A DNA stretch of 63,168 bases, filler included, from Vannella sp. (taxonomy: Eukaryota): NCBI GenBank assembly GCA_023345925.1. It is 8 parts of 8 records of this genome, joined end to end, with 100 filler letters (N's around TTAATTAATTAA, not from the genome) between each part and the next. Parts side by side here need not be neighbours in the genome. Positions count along the whole stretch, not along the records: positions 32,708 to 39,855 come from JAJQQN010000643.1; positions 39,956 to 44,063 come from JAJQQN010001192.1; positions 44,164 to 51,285 come from JAJQQN010000219.1; 5 more parts are not named here. One strand, given 5' to 3'. The first letter of the stretch is position 1. Each line of letters starts with the position of its first letter. A program made the position numbers and the translations under genes. Shown in pieces: positions 36,852-47,872 of the stretch. The notes beneath the pieces are model-generated. The model saw only the letters and a program-made list of their open reading frames with translations. It was not told the DNA's origin and ran no database searches.

Positions 36852-37242
36852 GTCACCCGCCCCAGGTCCTCTTCAAATGACCCAGCTGTCGTCCCTCTCC
36901 CATGAAAAACGATCTGATCCACGTGTACGCTAACGTAGAATCGTCCGTTCTGGCCTCAGATCAAGGATGAAGGGCGTTTGGTCCTTTCGGATGGTCGCCA
37001 GACTCTGCAGCAGCGGGGAGGGGTAGTGATAGCGCTGCTTGAGTAGAGCTGAGAGTTGGTTGGTGAAAGAAGAGGTCGTAGACCTGAAGGGAACAAGGGA
37101 GACCGCTTTGTGGTGAGTAAGGAGGCGGGGGAGGTCCTTGGTCTGGTTCCCATGAAGATCAACTACAAAGAGGGTTTATACGCGGCGTGGGATCTTCAAA
37201 AGAGGCAGGAAGGAAAGAGGAGGAGCGCTATGAGAGAGATCG

Positions 37243-37365
37243 TCATTGGCGGGGACACGAGCAGCGATCTTGTAAAGCAACACCTCCCATCGCCTGTTCG
37301 ATATGCTCTCCACATCCAATCCACGTGGGTTTTGCACAACTCGAACACGTCACTTTACGGCACAT
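37243..37365 (-). CDS. 40-aa Cys/His-rich microprotein (below ORF-track cutoff)
   Basis: MCRKVTCSSCAKPTWIGCGEHIEQAMGGVALQDRCSCPRQ*. Confidence 0.8.
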   Translation of the reverse strand: MCRKVTCSSCAKPTWIGCGEHIEQAMGGVALQDRCSCPRQ

Positions 37366-37545
37366 CAGAACGAAATGACCCACCCAACATCCAATAATCA
37401 CGCCATAATGACATACTAGGCTTTTCGAGATGAATAGGACTCAAATCGCTCTCGGGTGGCTGGAATGAGGGTTTTATATGTTTTTAGAGTCTCAAGTTTC
37501 TGGAGATGTTTTACCATCAGTCTCTAGAGCGTGCCTTTAGGAGGT

Positions 37546-38799
37546 TTATTTCCCAATTTTACGGAGGATAGAAGCAAGGTGGCGGAAGTAAGGAGGGAAT
37601 GGCGCCTCAAAGAACATGGGTGCTTGGGTAGAAGGGTGAATGAAGCTTAAGGAGCTCGCGTGGAGGCATTGGCCAATGTATTTAACGGGATCTGGGTGTG
37701 TTAAAAGATCACCAGACTGTCCTGTAAGAGAGAGATCCATCTTTGGAGCCTCAACTTGCTCTAACAACCAACTCTCTTGCCGGGTTAGTTTGACGGGGAG
37801 GTGCAACTGCGTCTTGCGAGGGGTGGAGGTGCGATACAATGGATCAAAGAGAAGAGGATGTCCTAGTCTCTGCATTTGAGCCCTAATCTGATGCGTTCGA
37901 CCAGTAAACAGCTCAAACTCGAGCAAACCAACCTGATCGGTCAAGGAGATGACTCGATGACTTGCGTACGGTAGCTTGAAGGTATGCAGACGGTTCCAGG
38001 CACTTCTGGCCAGCTTTCCAGCAGGTGCAGAGTCCGCCATCATCTCAAGATTTTCTGTGGGAACGTCAGAGAGATCCTGTAGGACGGCCTGTCTCGTTCG
38101 TACAGTGGGATGACGTCCCATGATAGAACTGATACGTCCGTTGCTCTTAGTGGGGACGCCATGGCAGAGGCAATGGTACTTTCGGACAACCGAGTGCACT
38201 TCGAACTGTTCTTTGAGTCCTTCGTGCGCTTCCATGCTCTTAGCTACCACTAGTACTCCAGATGTTTGACGGTCGATGCGATGGACGATGCCAGGGCGGT
38301 AATGGTGCTCAGGAAAGCCTGCGGAGAGATGAACCATACCTTCTTTGTCCATGCAATGGAAGAGGAGAGCATTAACGAGCGTTCCAGTGGTGGTAGCACA
38401 CTCTTCTGGATCAGCAGAACCGTGTACAGCCATGCCCTTGGGCTTGTTGACCACAAGAAGGTCGTCATCCTCGTAAAGGACCTCGAGAGGGATCCGTTCG
38501 GGCAGGACTTTGATCTTTGGAGCTCCAGGAATGACAGGAACACTCTTTCCCCGTACCTTCTTGGTGGGAGGGAGTGACAGCTCTTCAGGAAGGTCCACCG
38601 TGATGAGATCGCCAGCCTGCAACTTGCTCGAGGATTTCAGGACCTTTCCCGCTAGCGTAACGTTCCCGCTTCGCAAGATCTTCTGTATTTGTGATCGAGA
38701 CGATACTTGAGCCCCAGAAGAGGCGATCAGTTGCGGCAGGAACGAATCCAAACGAACACCGTCGTCCGCCTCCGCCACCCGAAGCTCCACAAGCACCAT
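37546..38799 (-). CDS. RluD-type pseudouridine synthase (S4 plus RluA domain)
   Basis: RLDSFL..SRSQIQ, VVNKPKGM, RPGIVHRIDRQTSG, TGRTHQIR and LHA. Alternative start at 38853. Confidence 0.93.
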   Translation of the reverse strand: MVLVELRVAEADDGVRLDSFLPQLIASSGAQVSSRSQIQKILRSGNVTLAGKVLKSSSKLQAGDLITVDLPEELSLPPTKKVRGKSVPVIPGAPKIKVLPERIPLEVLYEDDDLLVVNKPKGMAVHGSADPEECATTTGTLVNALLFHCMDKEGMVHLSAGFPEHHYRPGIVHRIDRQTSGVLVVAKSMEAHEGLKEQFEVHSVVRKYHCLCHGVPTKSNGRISSIMGRHPTVRTRQAVLQDLSDVPTENLEMMADSAPAGKLARSAWNRLHTFKLPYASHRVISLTDQVGLLEFELFTGRTHQIRAQMQRLGHPLLFDPLYRTSTPRKTQLHLPVKLTRQESWLLEQVEAPKMDLSLTGQSGDLLTHPDPVKYIGQCLHASSLSFIHPSTQAPMFFEAPFPPYFRHLASILRKIGK

Positions 38800-38887
38800 C
38801 AGGGCCCAATAAATGACCCAATCGCAAGGTCCTACGAGCAAAGAGCGTTGCATCTGAATGTCACAACTCCTGCCCCTCTCTCTTCAG

Positions 38888-39490
38888 ATACCGTATGCTA
38901 TCAAGGCTTACCCAAGCATCGTAGTGGGCTGGAACTGGGGCTACATGTTTGAAGAGGGTATGGGGGTGAGAACGCCACGGTCCTTTCCTCTCCAGAGGTA
39001 CTACTAGCGAACACACCGTTCCCGAGACAATGGACGTCGCCTATGACCTCTGGTTTGGTCACAACGAGGAGCCTAACCCGCTGGCCCCCTCTGTGAGTGT
39101 GATGATTTGGCTCAACTGGCTGAACCTCCAACCCCTGGGATCCTATCAAACAACCGTGACGGTATGGAATGAGCAATGGGACCTCTGGTAGGGTGTTTGA
39201 ACTCTTAAAGATGCTGTTCTCTCACTAACGAAGGTGCAGTGTTCTCTTTTCTACGCACGTTTGGTGATCACCAAGTACGGTGGGAAGTGTTCTCCTTCCG
39301 CCCGCATTTCCCCAAATGGAGCGTTCAGAACGTCAATTTGTTTGATTTTGTCACTCTATTGGGGATTGTGGAGGGCCAATCGACTGGATAGTCGGAAGTA
39401 TCTGGTTTGTGTCCACGCTGGCGCTGAGATTTGGAAGGAACCGGCACTTTCGGCTTTAACTATACTTTGAACGTCCAAAAGTCGTTTTAG
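38888..39490 (+). pseudogene. Degraded GH12 endoglucanase
   Basis: Collinear motifs in shifting frames: AYPSIVVGWNWG, DVAYDLWF, VMIWLN..LQPLGS, WDLW, WEVFSFR and YLVCVHAGAEIW. Confidence 0.72.
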
Positions 39491-39855
39491 AGCACCCCCT
39501 CACCTCTCCCACCTCTCAATTACTGCAGCTAGAATGAGAGAGAACGAATGAACGGAACTCGCACGAGAAGCAGATGGCTGGAGAGGAATATTGATCTATC
39601 CTGTTTAGTAGGGCGTAAATCAGTCGAGGGACATCCTAAGTGGAAGCGCGAGGTAGGTTCATAGATTGTTTAAATCCTACGAGCGCTTCCTTTTATAGCT
39701 TCACGTCAACCACTGGCTGGAAAGGCTTGAGCTTCCTTTTCTCTTGGCGCGTTCTCTCCACGCGGAACGGACTTTCGAGCTTAAGCTCGCCGGACAACAG
39801 GGTAGGTATCTTAGCTGCCGAAAATAGGAACAGGACTGTAACAGGAGACATGTCA

Positions 39856-39955
39856 NNNNNNNNNNNNNNNNNNNNNNNNNNNNNNNNNNNNNNNNNNNNT
39901 TAATTAATTAANNNNNNNNNNNNNNNNNNNNNNNNNNNNNNNNNNNNNNNNNNNN
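39856..39955. other. Artificial contig linker
   Basis: Same spacer. Confidence 0.99.
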
Positions 39956-41197
39956 AACCAGGTCGATTTACTGACAAAACAGATAACTAGTCATTTAGAA
40001 GACCTCAAATTGGAAACTGGAATCTCGCAGATGAAGTTCAAAGACACTTCTCAACAAAAGTACCAAATTGAAGTCAATAACAAGCTACTCTCCGGTAGTA
40101 ATTGCATGCCAAGCAGACTAGTTGTCATCAAAGAACTGAAAACAGTTACTCGCTTCTTCGACCCGGCAGTGAGAGATATTATCAACAGCTTAACCGAGGC
40201 AGAAGAGAATTTAACAGTTGTAGCAAGCTCACAGCTCGCTGAAACGATCCGTCAGCTAGATACCCACTATGCCATGTTCAAGAGAGCTATATCGTGTGTT
40301 GGACAACTCGATTGCCTCCTTTCGCTGGCAAAGACCTCCTCTTCTTCCGGGCTTCATTCAATGTGCCGGCCTCGCTTTGTTGCTGGAAATAGGTCCTTTC
40401 TTAATCTAGAAGAAATGGTTCACCCTTTCCTGCACGTTGGACAAGACTCAGAAGTGATTCCTAATGATATTCAGTTGGGCAATGAGCACCCTAGAGCCAT
40501 CTTACTGACTGGACCGAATATGGGAGGAAAGTCCACTCTATTGCGTCAAGCTTGCATTGCGATCATTATGGCCCAAATGGGGTGCTTTGTACCTGCAGTA
40601 TCATGCGAACTGACGCCATTTGATAGGATCTTTACAAGACTGGGAGCCAACGATAACATTTTTGAGGGGCAAAGCACCTTTATGGTAGAGTTGCAAGAGA
40701 CCGCTCAAATTCTCCACCAAGCCACGCCTTTTTCTTTCGTTATTCTTGATGAATTAGGAAGAGGAACGTCCACTTTTGATGGAACAGCGATTGCCCACAG
40801 TGTGTTGGACTACTTGCTGAACGAAAAGCAAACCCTTCTAATGTTTGCAACTCATTATCACCTGTTAGTCGAAGATTGGAAGCAGAGTGACGCACTCTCG
40901 CTCTATCATATGGCGTGCTTTGAAGATATCGAAGAGGAATTGGTCACTTTCCTCTACAAAGCAGTTCCGGGAGCTTGTCCTAGTAGTCGGGGCATGAATG
41001 TTGCCCGGTTGGCTAGAATTCCAGAAGCCATCGTTGCACACGCTGAAATGGTCTCCAAAGACTTCGAAATCAGCTTTGGCACTCGAAAGGAAGTTCTTGT
41101 CGAACGCATTACCCGTCTTATAACCCAAGGTGATGCCACGGTCCCCTCAGAACTTCTCCAAATATGGAAAGCCCTCACTACTCAGTACTCACGGTAA
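39956..41197 (+). CDS. MSH6: MutS homolog MSH6, C-terminal part
   Basis: LLTGPNMGGKSTLLRQ, STFMVEL, DELGRGTSTFDG and FLYK..GACPSS.GMNVARLA. Confidence 0.9.
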   Translation, partial: NQVDLLTKQITSHLEDLKLETGISQMKFKDTSQQKYQIEVNNKLLSGSNCMPSRLVVIKELKTVTRFFDPAVRDIINSLTEAEENLTVVASSQLAETIRQLDTHYAMFKRAISCVGQLDCLLSLAKTSSSSGLHSMCRPRFVAGNRSFLNLEEMVHPFLHVGQDSEVIPNDIQLGNEHPRAILLTGPNMGGKSTLLRQACIAIIMAQMGCFVPAVSCELTPFDRIFTRLGANDNIFEGQSTFMVELQETAQILHQATPFSFVILDELGRGTSTFDGTAIAHSVLDYLLNEKQTLLMFATHYHLLVEDWKQSDALSLYHMACFEDIEEELVTFLYKAVPGACPSSRGMNVARLARIPEAIVAHAEMVSKDFEISFGTRKEVLVERITRLITQGDATVPSELLQIWKALTTQYSR

Positions 41198-41280
41198 AGA
41201 CTGATACTTCAGTGGGCCGAAGAGAAGTAAAATCCACCTTAAAGTGAGAAATACTGTTTTAGGAAGAGACTTCCGCTCTC

Positions 41281-41991
41281 CTACCTGGTGCCGAAGCGGA
41301 AGTAGGCTAGTGCAAGGGCTACAGGAGTGGTTACAATGGCAATGTTGGTGAGGAGAACAACAACTTCAAGGCGGCGGATCATCGTCTTGAAGTGAGCGGA
41401 ATCGTTCAGACGAGGAAAGTCTTCCTCTGGGATGGGGACTTGAAGGAAAGCGCAAAGAGGACCCCATCCCTCTTTGACATGGAACACGAGAAGCTTGTTC
41501 GAAGGAACGACTCGCTTTACTTCAGCGGCGTGTGCTTCGTACACCCGCCGAGTGAACTCCTTATCCTCGAAGCGGTTGCGGAAGACACGCTCCCAAACAG
41601 CAGAATCGATCATCCTGCGCATAGCTGGGCGAATCAAGAAGGAAGCAGGTCCCCAGACCGTCCTGCTGAATCGGAAGATCGTTTCATTGACGCTTTGGTA
41701 CCATCCTTCAAAGTCTCGTTCAGTGAGGATGACCTTGGCGTTTGGATAGGCATCCAACAGCTCCTTGTAGAAAGAGGTTGACGGGAAGTCCACTGCAGAA
41801 CGATAAGAGCCAAAGATGCTCTCCCATTCCATCGGGCGACCATCCGCCGCTGCCTGCCAAAGAGCTGCATGGGAGCCACATTTGAATGCTTCACTCATAT
41901 GGTAGCACGGTCCAAACCCCAAAGTCTCCAATGCGCTCTGCAGAGAGGAAGTGCCCGTCCTCCCAAAGCCGGCTCCCAGAACCGACAACAT
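41281..41991 (-). CDS. Sulfotransferase-like P-loop protein with C-terminal TM
   Basis: GAGFGRTGTSSL..GPCYHM, AKVILTERD and GWGPLCAFL..FPRLND. Confidence 0.9.
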   Translation of the reverse strand: MLSVLGAGFGRTGTSSLQSALETLGFGPCYHMSEAFKCGSHAALWQAAADGRPMEWESIFGSYRSAVDFPSTSFYKELLDAYPNAKVILTERDFEGWYQSVNETIFRFSRTVWGPASFLIRPAMRRMIDSAVWERVFRNRFEDKEFTRRVYEAHAAEVKRVVPSNKLLVFHVKEGWGPLCAFLQVPIPEEDFPRLNDSAHFKTMIRRLEVVVLLTNIAIVTTPVALALAYFRFGTR

Positions 41992-42231
41992 AACAATGAT
42001 CCTCAGTCTTCTCCCAGCCGCTTCTTACGTTGTACAACGAACACCTCTACGAATTTATTAGATGGGCAAATGAGAGTTTTCATTTCCCCTTGTTATCCAT
42101 TCGCCAAAAAATGAAAATTATGAAATCAACTCAAAACCTTATTCTGAAGAGATGGAGGTCATCAGGGCAAGTTTGCAGAACAGAGTCTGGGGCGACGTCC
42201 ACGAGGCCATTTTCTGTCGCCTGGTGTGGGC

Positions 42232-42931
42232 ATGGGTCTCCACGGTCCATCCATCAAGATCAAGAGCACACCCCGGGCCCCTACTACATTGAGAGCAACT
42301 CGTCCGACGACACAGAACAGCACGGCTGCTAATGCCTCCTCCCGTTCTACCACAACCACCACACAGCCTGCGTCTGCCCCTACCATACAGAATGGTACGC
42401 CTGCTAATGCCTACTCCCGTTCAACTCCTCCTGTTGTTACTCAGCCTGCCCCCTCCGCCCAGTCCCCTGCTCTTGTTATAACTACTCCCTCTTCGGCAGA
42501 GCTCTGGCGTGACACAGTGAGCCCACTCTTTGCTCTTCTCCTAATACCTGACCCTAGAGTAGCTCAATCATGTGGGACCAAGGATTGTGGGCGTTGGTAC
42601 TATGCATGCCGCGAGAAGAGCCCGACAACAAGCACAAGAGCCAAATGAGAGCGAGATCCTCAGTGGAAGCCCTCACTTCTCTGATGTTCCTCTGGTCCAC
42701 ACTGGACCCGCTTTGCCGGCTGATTCTGGAAGAACTCGAGATCAAGACCAAGTGCCTGATGCGAGCGAGTACCTCGCTGGAAGCCCTCACTCTTCCAATA
42801 GTTACCAAGAGATCTGTTCTGTGGAGAAGAACACTCTCCATAGCTGCATGAATCACTCCTCCAACTGCCAATGGGCTGTTGAGTTGCTCAACAAGTGCAA
42901 GCAAACCTCTGAGCAGCGCATCTATCAGTAA
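42232..42931 (+). CDS. Twin CX9C (CHCHD2/Mix17-like) protein, spliced
   Basis: S/T/P-rich N-terminus, intron ending at 42562, C-terminal CSVEKNTLHSC..CQWAVELLNKC. Confidence 0.68.
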
Positions 42932-43260
42932 GCAAATGAATAAACGCACTTGTAACCAAGTCAGAACCTCTCCAGCTCCCTACTCATTTGCATGAGAGAA
43001 TGGAAGAACCACTCTCTATCTTGGGAAGAGGGACGCGAGATGTTCGCGAACTGGCTGTTCATGCTGGAAGGCATCGATGCCAAGAACAACAAGTGCAATA
43101 AGCTGTTAGCCTAACAGCACTGATAACGCCCTTCCTCTGGTATCGCCCTTGAAGGCGGCGTGACCTCAAACCGGACTCGTGATCAATCAAGAGGATCAAG
43201 AAAAGTGTCAATTGGCCACAAAAAACACAAAATGTCATTTATTCTCAGTTTCCAGAGACC

Positions 43261-43815
43261 ATGGGGGATGGCGATGAGCAGGAGAGGATTAAGGGTCCGT
43301 TGTAACCTGGTCCAGAGTTCTCTGTTCTTACTCTAGTGGGTGGTGTAGGAAACGCGCTGTTGGAAGACCCAGATCAGCCGTCTGAGTCAGACTTGCCTGC
43401 TTTCTTGGATCCCCCGGAGGGAGCCCCGCCGTACTATGGCTTCCCTCTGGTTCCTGAGACGATGACGGATGGTTGGTGCCTTGGAGTGATCACAGAGTAT
43501 GAAGAAGAAGGTCCGGAAGGCTGCACCGAAGGGGACGCCTTTGTTGTTGCCCCTGATGGCTCCCGAGCCGGGTTGGTTTGGGACGTGGGGGAAGAGATTG
43601 AAGGAGAGGAATGCGAAGAAATATGCGAGCCAGATGAAGAGAGGTGGGGTGTATACCAAGTGTGGTTTCCTCGACCTGTCTGCAAGCCAGAAGACCTTGT
43701 TTTGTTCTTCCGGGCGATCCTCCCCCGCTTGAAGTTGATCTACGAGCGTGTTCAGTCCCAGAGAGCTACTGCAGTGGATAGTACCGAGGCAGAGGCTTCA
43801 AACGCTTCAGAATGA
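43261..43815 (+). CDS. Acidic hypothetical protein of bacterial appearance (intron 43295-43336)
   Basis: PAFLDPPEGAPPYYGFP, GDAFVVAPDGSRAGLVW and RWGVYQVWFP. The 42-nt GT-AG intron contains an in-frame TAA. Confidence 0.75.
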
Positions 43816-44063
43816 ATCCACTAAATGGTGGCAATGCAATGCCTTTTTGGATGCGGAGGGCGGTCTGTGGGAAGCTGGGAGATGCACCTCCATGAACTAC
43901 CCTTCCTTGCTTACTAACAAGTCTGACAACGTATCTATCATCTTCTTTGACACCTGAAGGCATCCCAATTGATCCCTTTCTACTATTAAAGGAGCTGGGT
44001 TGGCTTCCAGCGATAGTCCACAACAAGAATAAGCCAATCCACATCTGCAGAAGACAATCTGAA

Positions 44064-44163
44064 NNNNNNNNNNNNNNNNNNNNNNNNNNNNNNNNNNNNN
44101 NNNNNNNTTAATTAATTAANNNNNNNNNNNNNNNNNNNNNNNNNNNNNNNNNNNNNNNNNNNN
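44064..44163. other. Artificial contig linker
   Basis: Same spacer. Confidence 0.99.
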
Positions 44164-45100
44164 AACGCATGGCTCACTGCGCAGGTCAACAAGGTGCAAG
44201 AAGGAACAAATTGAATGCTCAACCAACCCAAGAACGGGGATCATGTCAGAAGAATCGCTCCTCGAAGCCTTCAGAGCCTACTACGAGGACTTATACAAAG
44301 AGGTCGGCCTACAAACTTATGGGACCCAATGCAAAGATATCCCTGCTCAACGCCTAAACGGAGTACTGAGGGAAGGTGAGATGGACGAAGAAAGGTCTCA
44401 TTGTCTTACTATTCAAGAAGGGGGAGAAAACAGAACCTTCTAACTACAGACCAATCGATACGATCAGAGCTTACTGTCTCTCTTGTAGCTACTATCTTTG
44501 CTCAGATTATCCTAGGAAGTATTCGGTGCTGAAGGACAGGGCTCATAACCTCGGAGGTAGTCCATGGCGAGATTCAGGAAGTCCGATTTGGCCAGACAGC
44601 CAAGAGGATAAGGCTCCACTCAATGCCACTCACAAGACTCCTAACGGAAAGCTTCGTCGCGTTAATCAACTCATTGGTCTCCACGACCGGAAAAGAGCGC
44701 CATTCCTCGACTTTGGGAAGGGCTGGTTTCCAAGGCGATCTGGCTCTTTGGAGTGCTTTTTACATGTAGAAGTTTGAGAAGCGACAGCTTCACAGCCTAA
44801 ACAGCCAGACACGCTTGGCAGATTCCGGACTTTATGGGCCCATAAAGGCTCCACTTGGCTTTCTAGCCACGGAGCCATATGGAGTCTTATCACTTCTATT
44901 GGGGGCTCGTCTACCTCACTGGAGCTCTATGGGGTCTTCGTGTGGTAGACGATCCTCCAACAGGATTAATCCTTACGAGGAGCAATCAACTTAACATCAC
45001 CAGAACTGTGGTGGAAATCAATCCCTTTGTCAAGTTAGCCGGAACTGGTCTTTTCTCTTGGAAAAAAGACAAGCCCACTGATGGGACGAATCCCTTTTAA
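44164..45100 (+). mobile_element. Degraded non-LTR retrotransposon (L1/Tx1-like) remnant
   Basis: FRAYYEDLY and GLIVLLFKKGEKTEPSNYRPI (RT N-terminal motif) lie in broken frames. The RT core is absent and the right boundary is approximate. Confidence 0.7.
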
Positions 45101-45217
45101 GTTCCGCATACTAGAGAACGCTCCAATGTCCGCTTCCGCAAACATTCCGCGTTCAATATCTGATTTCTTATCCGCAACTATCCTTGAGACTAGCTTAATG
45201 AAGGCAGCTGTTTATGC

Positions 45218-46709
45218 TTAATAAGCTGAGTCCAATAGGAGCATATAAAGCTGGAACAGAGCGAAAAGCGACATCATAGCCAGAAGGACCACAAAGAGAA
45301 CAAATTTGGCACTCTTCCTGAGACTTGGGGTTGGAACCATGTCGGTCTTCATAGCATCCTGCCGTGGGTGCGTTCTTGCTGGGACCCTCTCCGCCTCATC
45401 CGGATCAGAGCTCCAAATCGAGACGGAAACCTCCGAAAGTTTTTTTACTTTCTTGGGAGAGTCTTTCAGAGGAGAACCCTCTGAATCTCTGGTGCGCTTT
45501 CCTGAGCGTATCGGCCCGGAGCTTCTAGCCCTCTTTCGGGTTCCCTCAGGTTTTGTCTCCTGGGGGGGTACTTGGAACAATTGAGTGCCGGTACACCCCT
45601 TTGCTCTGTCACAAGAATAAGAGGAGACAAGAGATACGTCACTTTGACTTACTCCCATCCTTGACCGCCATTCTTCCACCAATCGGGAATCGGGCCAATC
45701 CATTCGTTGTCTCTCAAGTCGCTAGTTCCCGTTCATGCTCCTTAGTCTCCTCCTTCCAAGTTGAGCAAATCTTACAACATTTTCAAAGGCAGATTTCGGA
45801 ATCCTTCTGGAATGTGCCCACTCAATTGGTTGCCTGCCAAGACTCTGATTCATCAAAGGAGGTCACAAGGAGTGTGAAGGATCAAAATCAGGTGGTTCCT
45901 TACAGCGTTGTAAGATTAAGAAGTTTGCAGAGGCTTTCTGGAATGTTTCCGCTCAGCTGATTGTAACCCAAGTCTCTGGCAAAGTACCGAGTCAAACCCT
46001 TCCTGGTAAGTGACAAATGGTTGGATTAGTCAAGCATGCCCCTTACAGGTAATCCAAATGAACGAGGCTGCTGATTCCTTCTGGAATGGGCCCTGTAAGA
46101 GCATTGGAACACAAATCTCTGCATTAAATGGGCCCTCTCAAGTCAGAAACCCTTTAGAAAGCGACGGGCCCTGAGACCAGCATCCATCAACCAATACTCC
46201 TTACAACCGCCTTAGATTCCTTAGTCTGCAGAGTCCTTCGGGAATGGGTCCGCTCAATCCGCAATCCAAAAAGTTCCTTCGGACAAGTCAGTCAGAGCCT
46301 TTCTCCCTCCTTCAACAGCAGAACGGATGGCAGGGAATTCGAAGGGATGTAATAGAGTGACAACTCACAATTGTGTCAGACAGACCAGATTGCTGATTCC
46401 TTGGGGAATGGATCCGCCCAGATCATTTTCTGACAAGTCTCTTTGATGAACCTCAGCAAAGTCAGATCCACTCAGGGTGTCGGACAGAGAGAATGGCTGT
46501 TGTTTACAGTATTTCTAACTTCACAAGCTCGCTGATCTCTTCAGGGATGGGCCCGCTGATGAGCTTTCCCCTTTGTATTCTGAAGACAAACATCCCGTCC
46601 CGTCAGACTTCCCCTTCCATCTCATCAGATGGAGATAGAAAGAGAGTACGCACATCTGGCGGTCCTTCTGCTTCTCCTGGAGAAGAGCGAGAGAGAGCGC
46701 CTCGGACAT
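45218..46709 (-). CDS. Tail-anchored LRR protein, 9 exons, one LRR per exon
   Basis: Exons 46709-46654, 46579-46508, 46440-46369, 46276-46205, 46118-46047, 45975-45904, 45844-45776, 45721-45653 and 45605-45218 splice into one open frame with LxGxIP repeats and a C-terminal TM. Confidence 0.87.
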
Positions 46710-47072
46710 GTTCTGGCCGAGAGCTGAGAAGGGAAATGAGAGGGAAGGAAGCCAAGAAAGGTTTGATTCTTGGGTTTGAAAAGGGAAATGAGGGAAGAGA
46801 GAGAGAAAGAGAGGAAATCCACCAGCGAAGAGGACGAGGGGTTCCAAAACTCGTGTTTGCGTTGAGAGTCCTGATGGCCTCCATCTCTTCAGGATAAGCT
46901 TTTTACCTGATTTCATTTTTTAGTGAATTGGGCAACCAGAGGACGGTTCTGATGGACTTGTGGAAGGGGGGAAAGATTGATTCTGGGTGAAGTGCAGGCT
47001 CGTTGAGCCTCTTCTGAGGAGCAAGAAGCCAAACAAGGCCCAGAGAAGTCATTTCTTGCCTGGGGCAGGCGA

Positions 47073-47724
47073 ATGGAAGCGGGATTCCCTTTACAACTCT
47101 TCCGGGAGGGGGTTACGTTGTTTCGATTGGCGCCACAACTTGTGTGCAGGATCTGTAGTCATGTGAGTGAGAGAGAAGAGGTCGGGAGGAGCTGATTGAA
47201 GAGAGTAGGCTCATCGAATGCCCACCGAGACGCCCTGTGGCCACGTGTTCTGTGCTTCCTGTGTTCATCCGTTCATAGAGAGTCGGAGAATGTGTCCTCT
47301 GTGCAACGTTTCGATCTCCTCTACGAGCTCTCTCTCTCGGTGTCGCCCTATCGAAGCGATTTTGTTTGCTCAAACGGTCTCCTGCCTCCGATGCCCCTTC
47401 TCTGGTTCATTGGAAGAGTACCAGCACCACAACTGTTCAAGCACTCTCCACTTGCAACCACTGTGCGCCGCCACAAGCCCAGCGCAAAGTGGAGGGTTGG
47501 GCGGTTACCAGAAACAGAGTGAACAGCACCTGCTGGCTGACTCTGTTCCTCAGCCACCTTCACACCAACGTACACTCCCCACGCAGCTGAGCTTTCCGTC
47601 CATTCCCATGAGCCGTCCAGCCGCGAACCCCCAAAAACGCGTTTGCAGTGGATGTGGTGGAGAAGGCAGCCGCCATGACATTGGTCCTTCAGGCTTCTGC
47701 AAACACTGTATCCGATACTCGTAA
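47073..47724 (+). CDS. C3HC4 RING-finger protein, spliced
   Basis: CRICSH|AHRMPTETPCGHVFCASC...CPLC, followed by a TRAF/Sina-like CLRCPFSG..HHNC. Confidence 0.8.
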
Positions 47725-47872
47725 GGTCTCTGGCTCCGTCGTAGTGATGCCAGAGACCTGAATAAAGTGTTGGCGATTGGTCGACTTGCAATTGAATAAT
47801 ACACTTTCCCCCCTTCTGGATGCCTCTTCTAGTGGAGAGGAGAAAGGTCAAGTACATTAGTCCAGCTTGCTA

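Noticed and set aside
37056..37397. 113-aa plus-strand ORF
   Set aside because: It is antisense to the better-supported 40-aa Cys/His gene and has no motif.
39640..39855. Possible minus-strand C-terminal coding fragment at a contig edge
   Set aside because: Too short and motif-free to support a call.
43289..43298. Second TTAAGGGTCC matching the transposon terminus
   Set aside because: It is explained by codons ATT AAG G plus the GTCCGT splice donor, and similarity stops after 10 nt.
45650..46580. Regularly spaced GGAATGGG(C/T)CC-like repeats as a CRISPR-like array
   Set aside because: They are the GPIP codons of LRR exons separated by introns.
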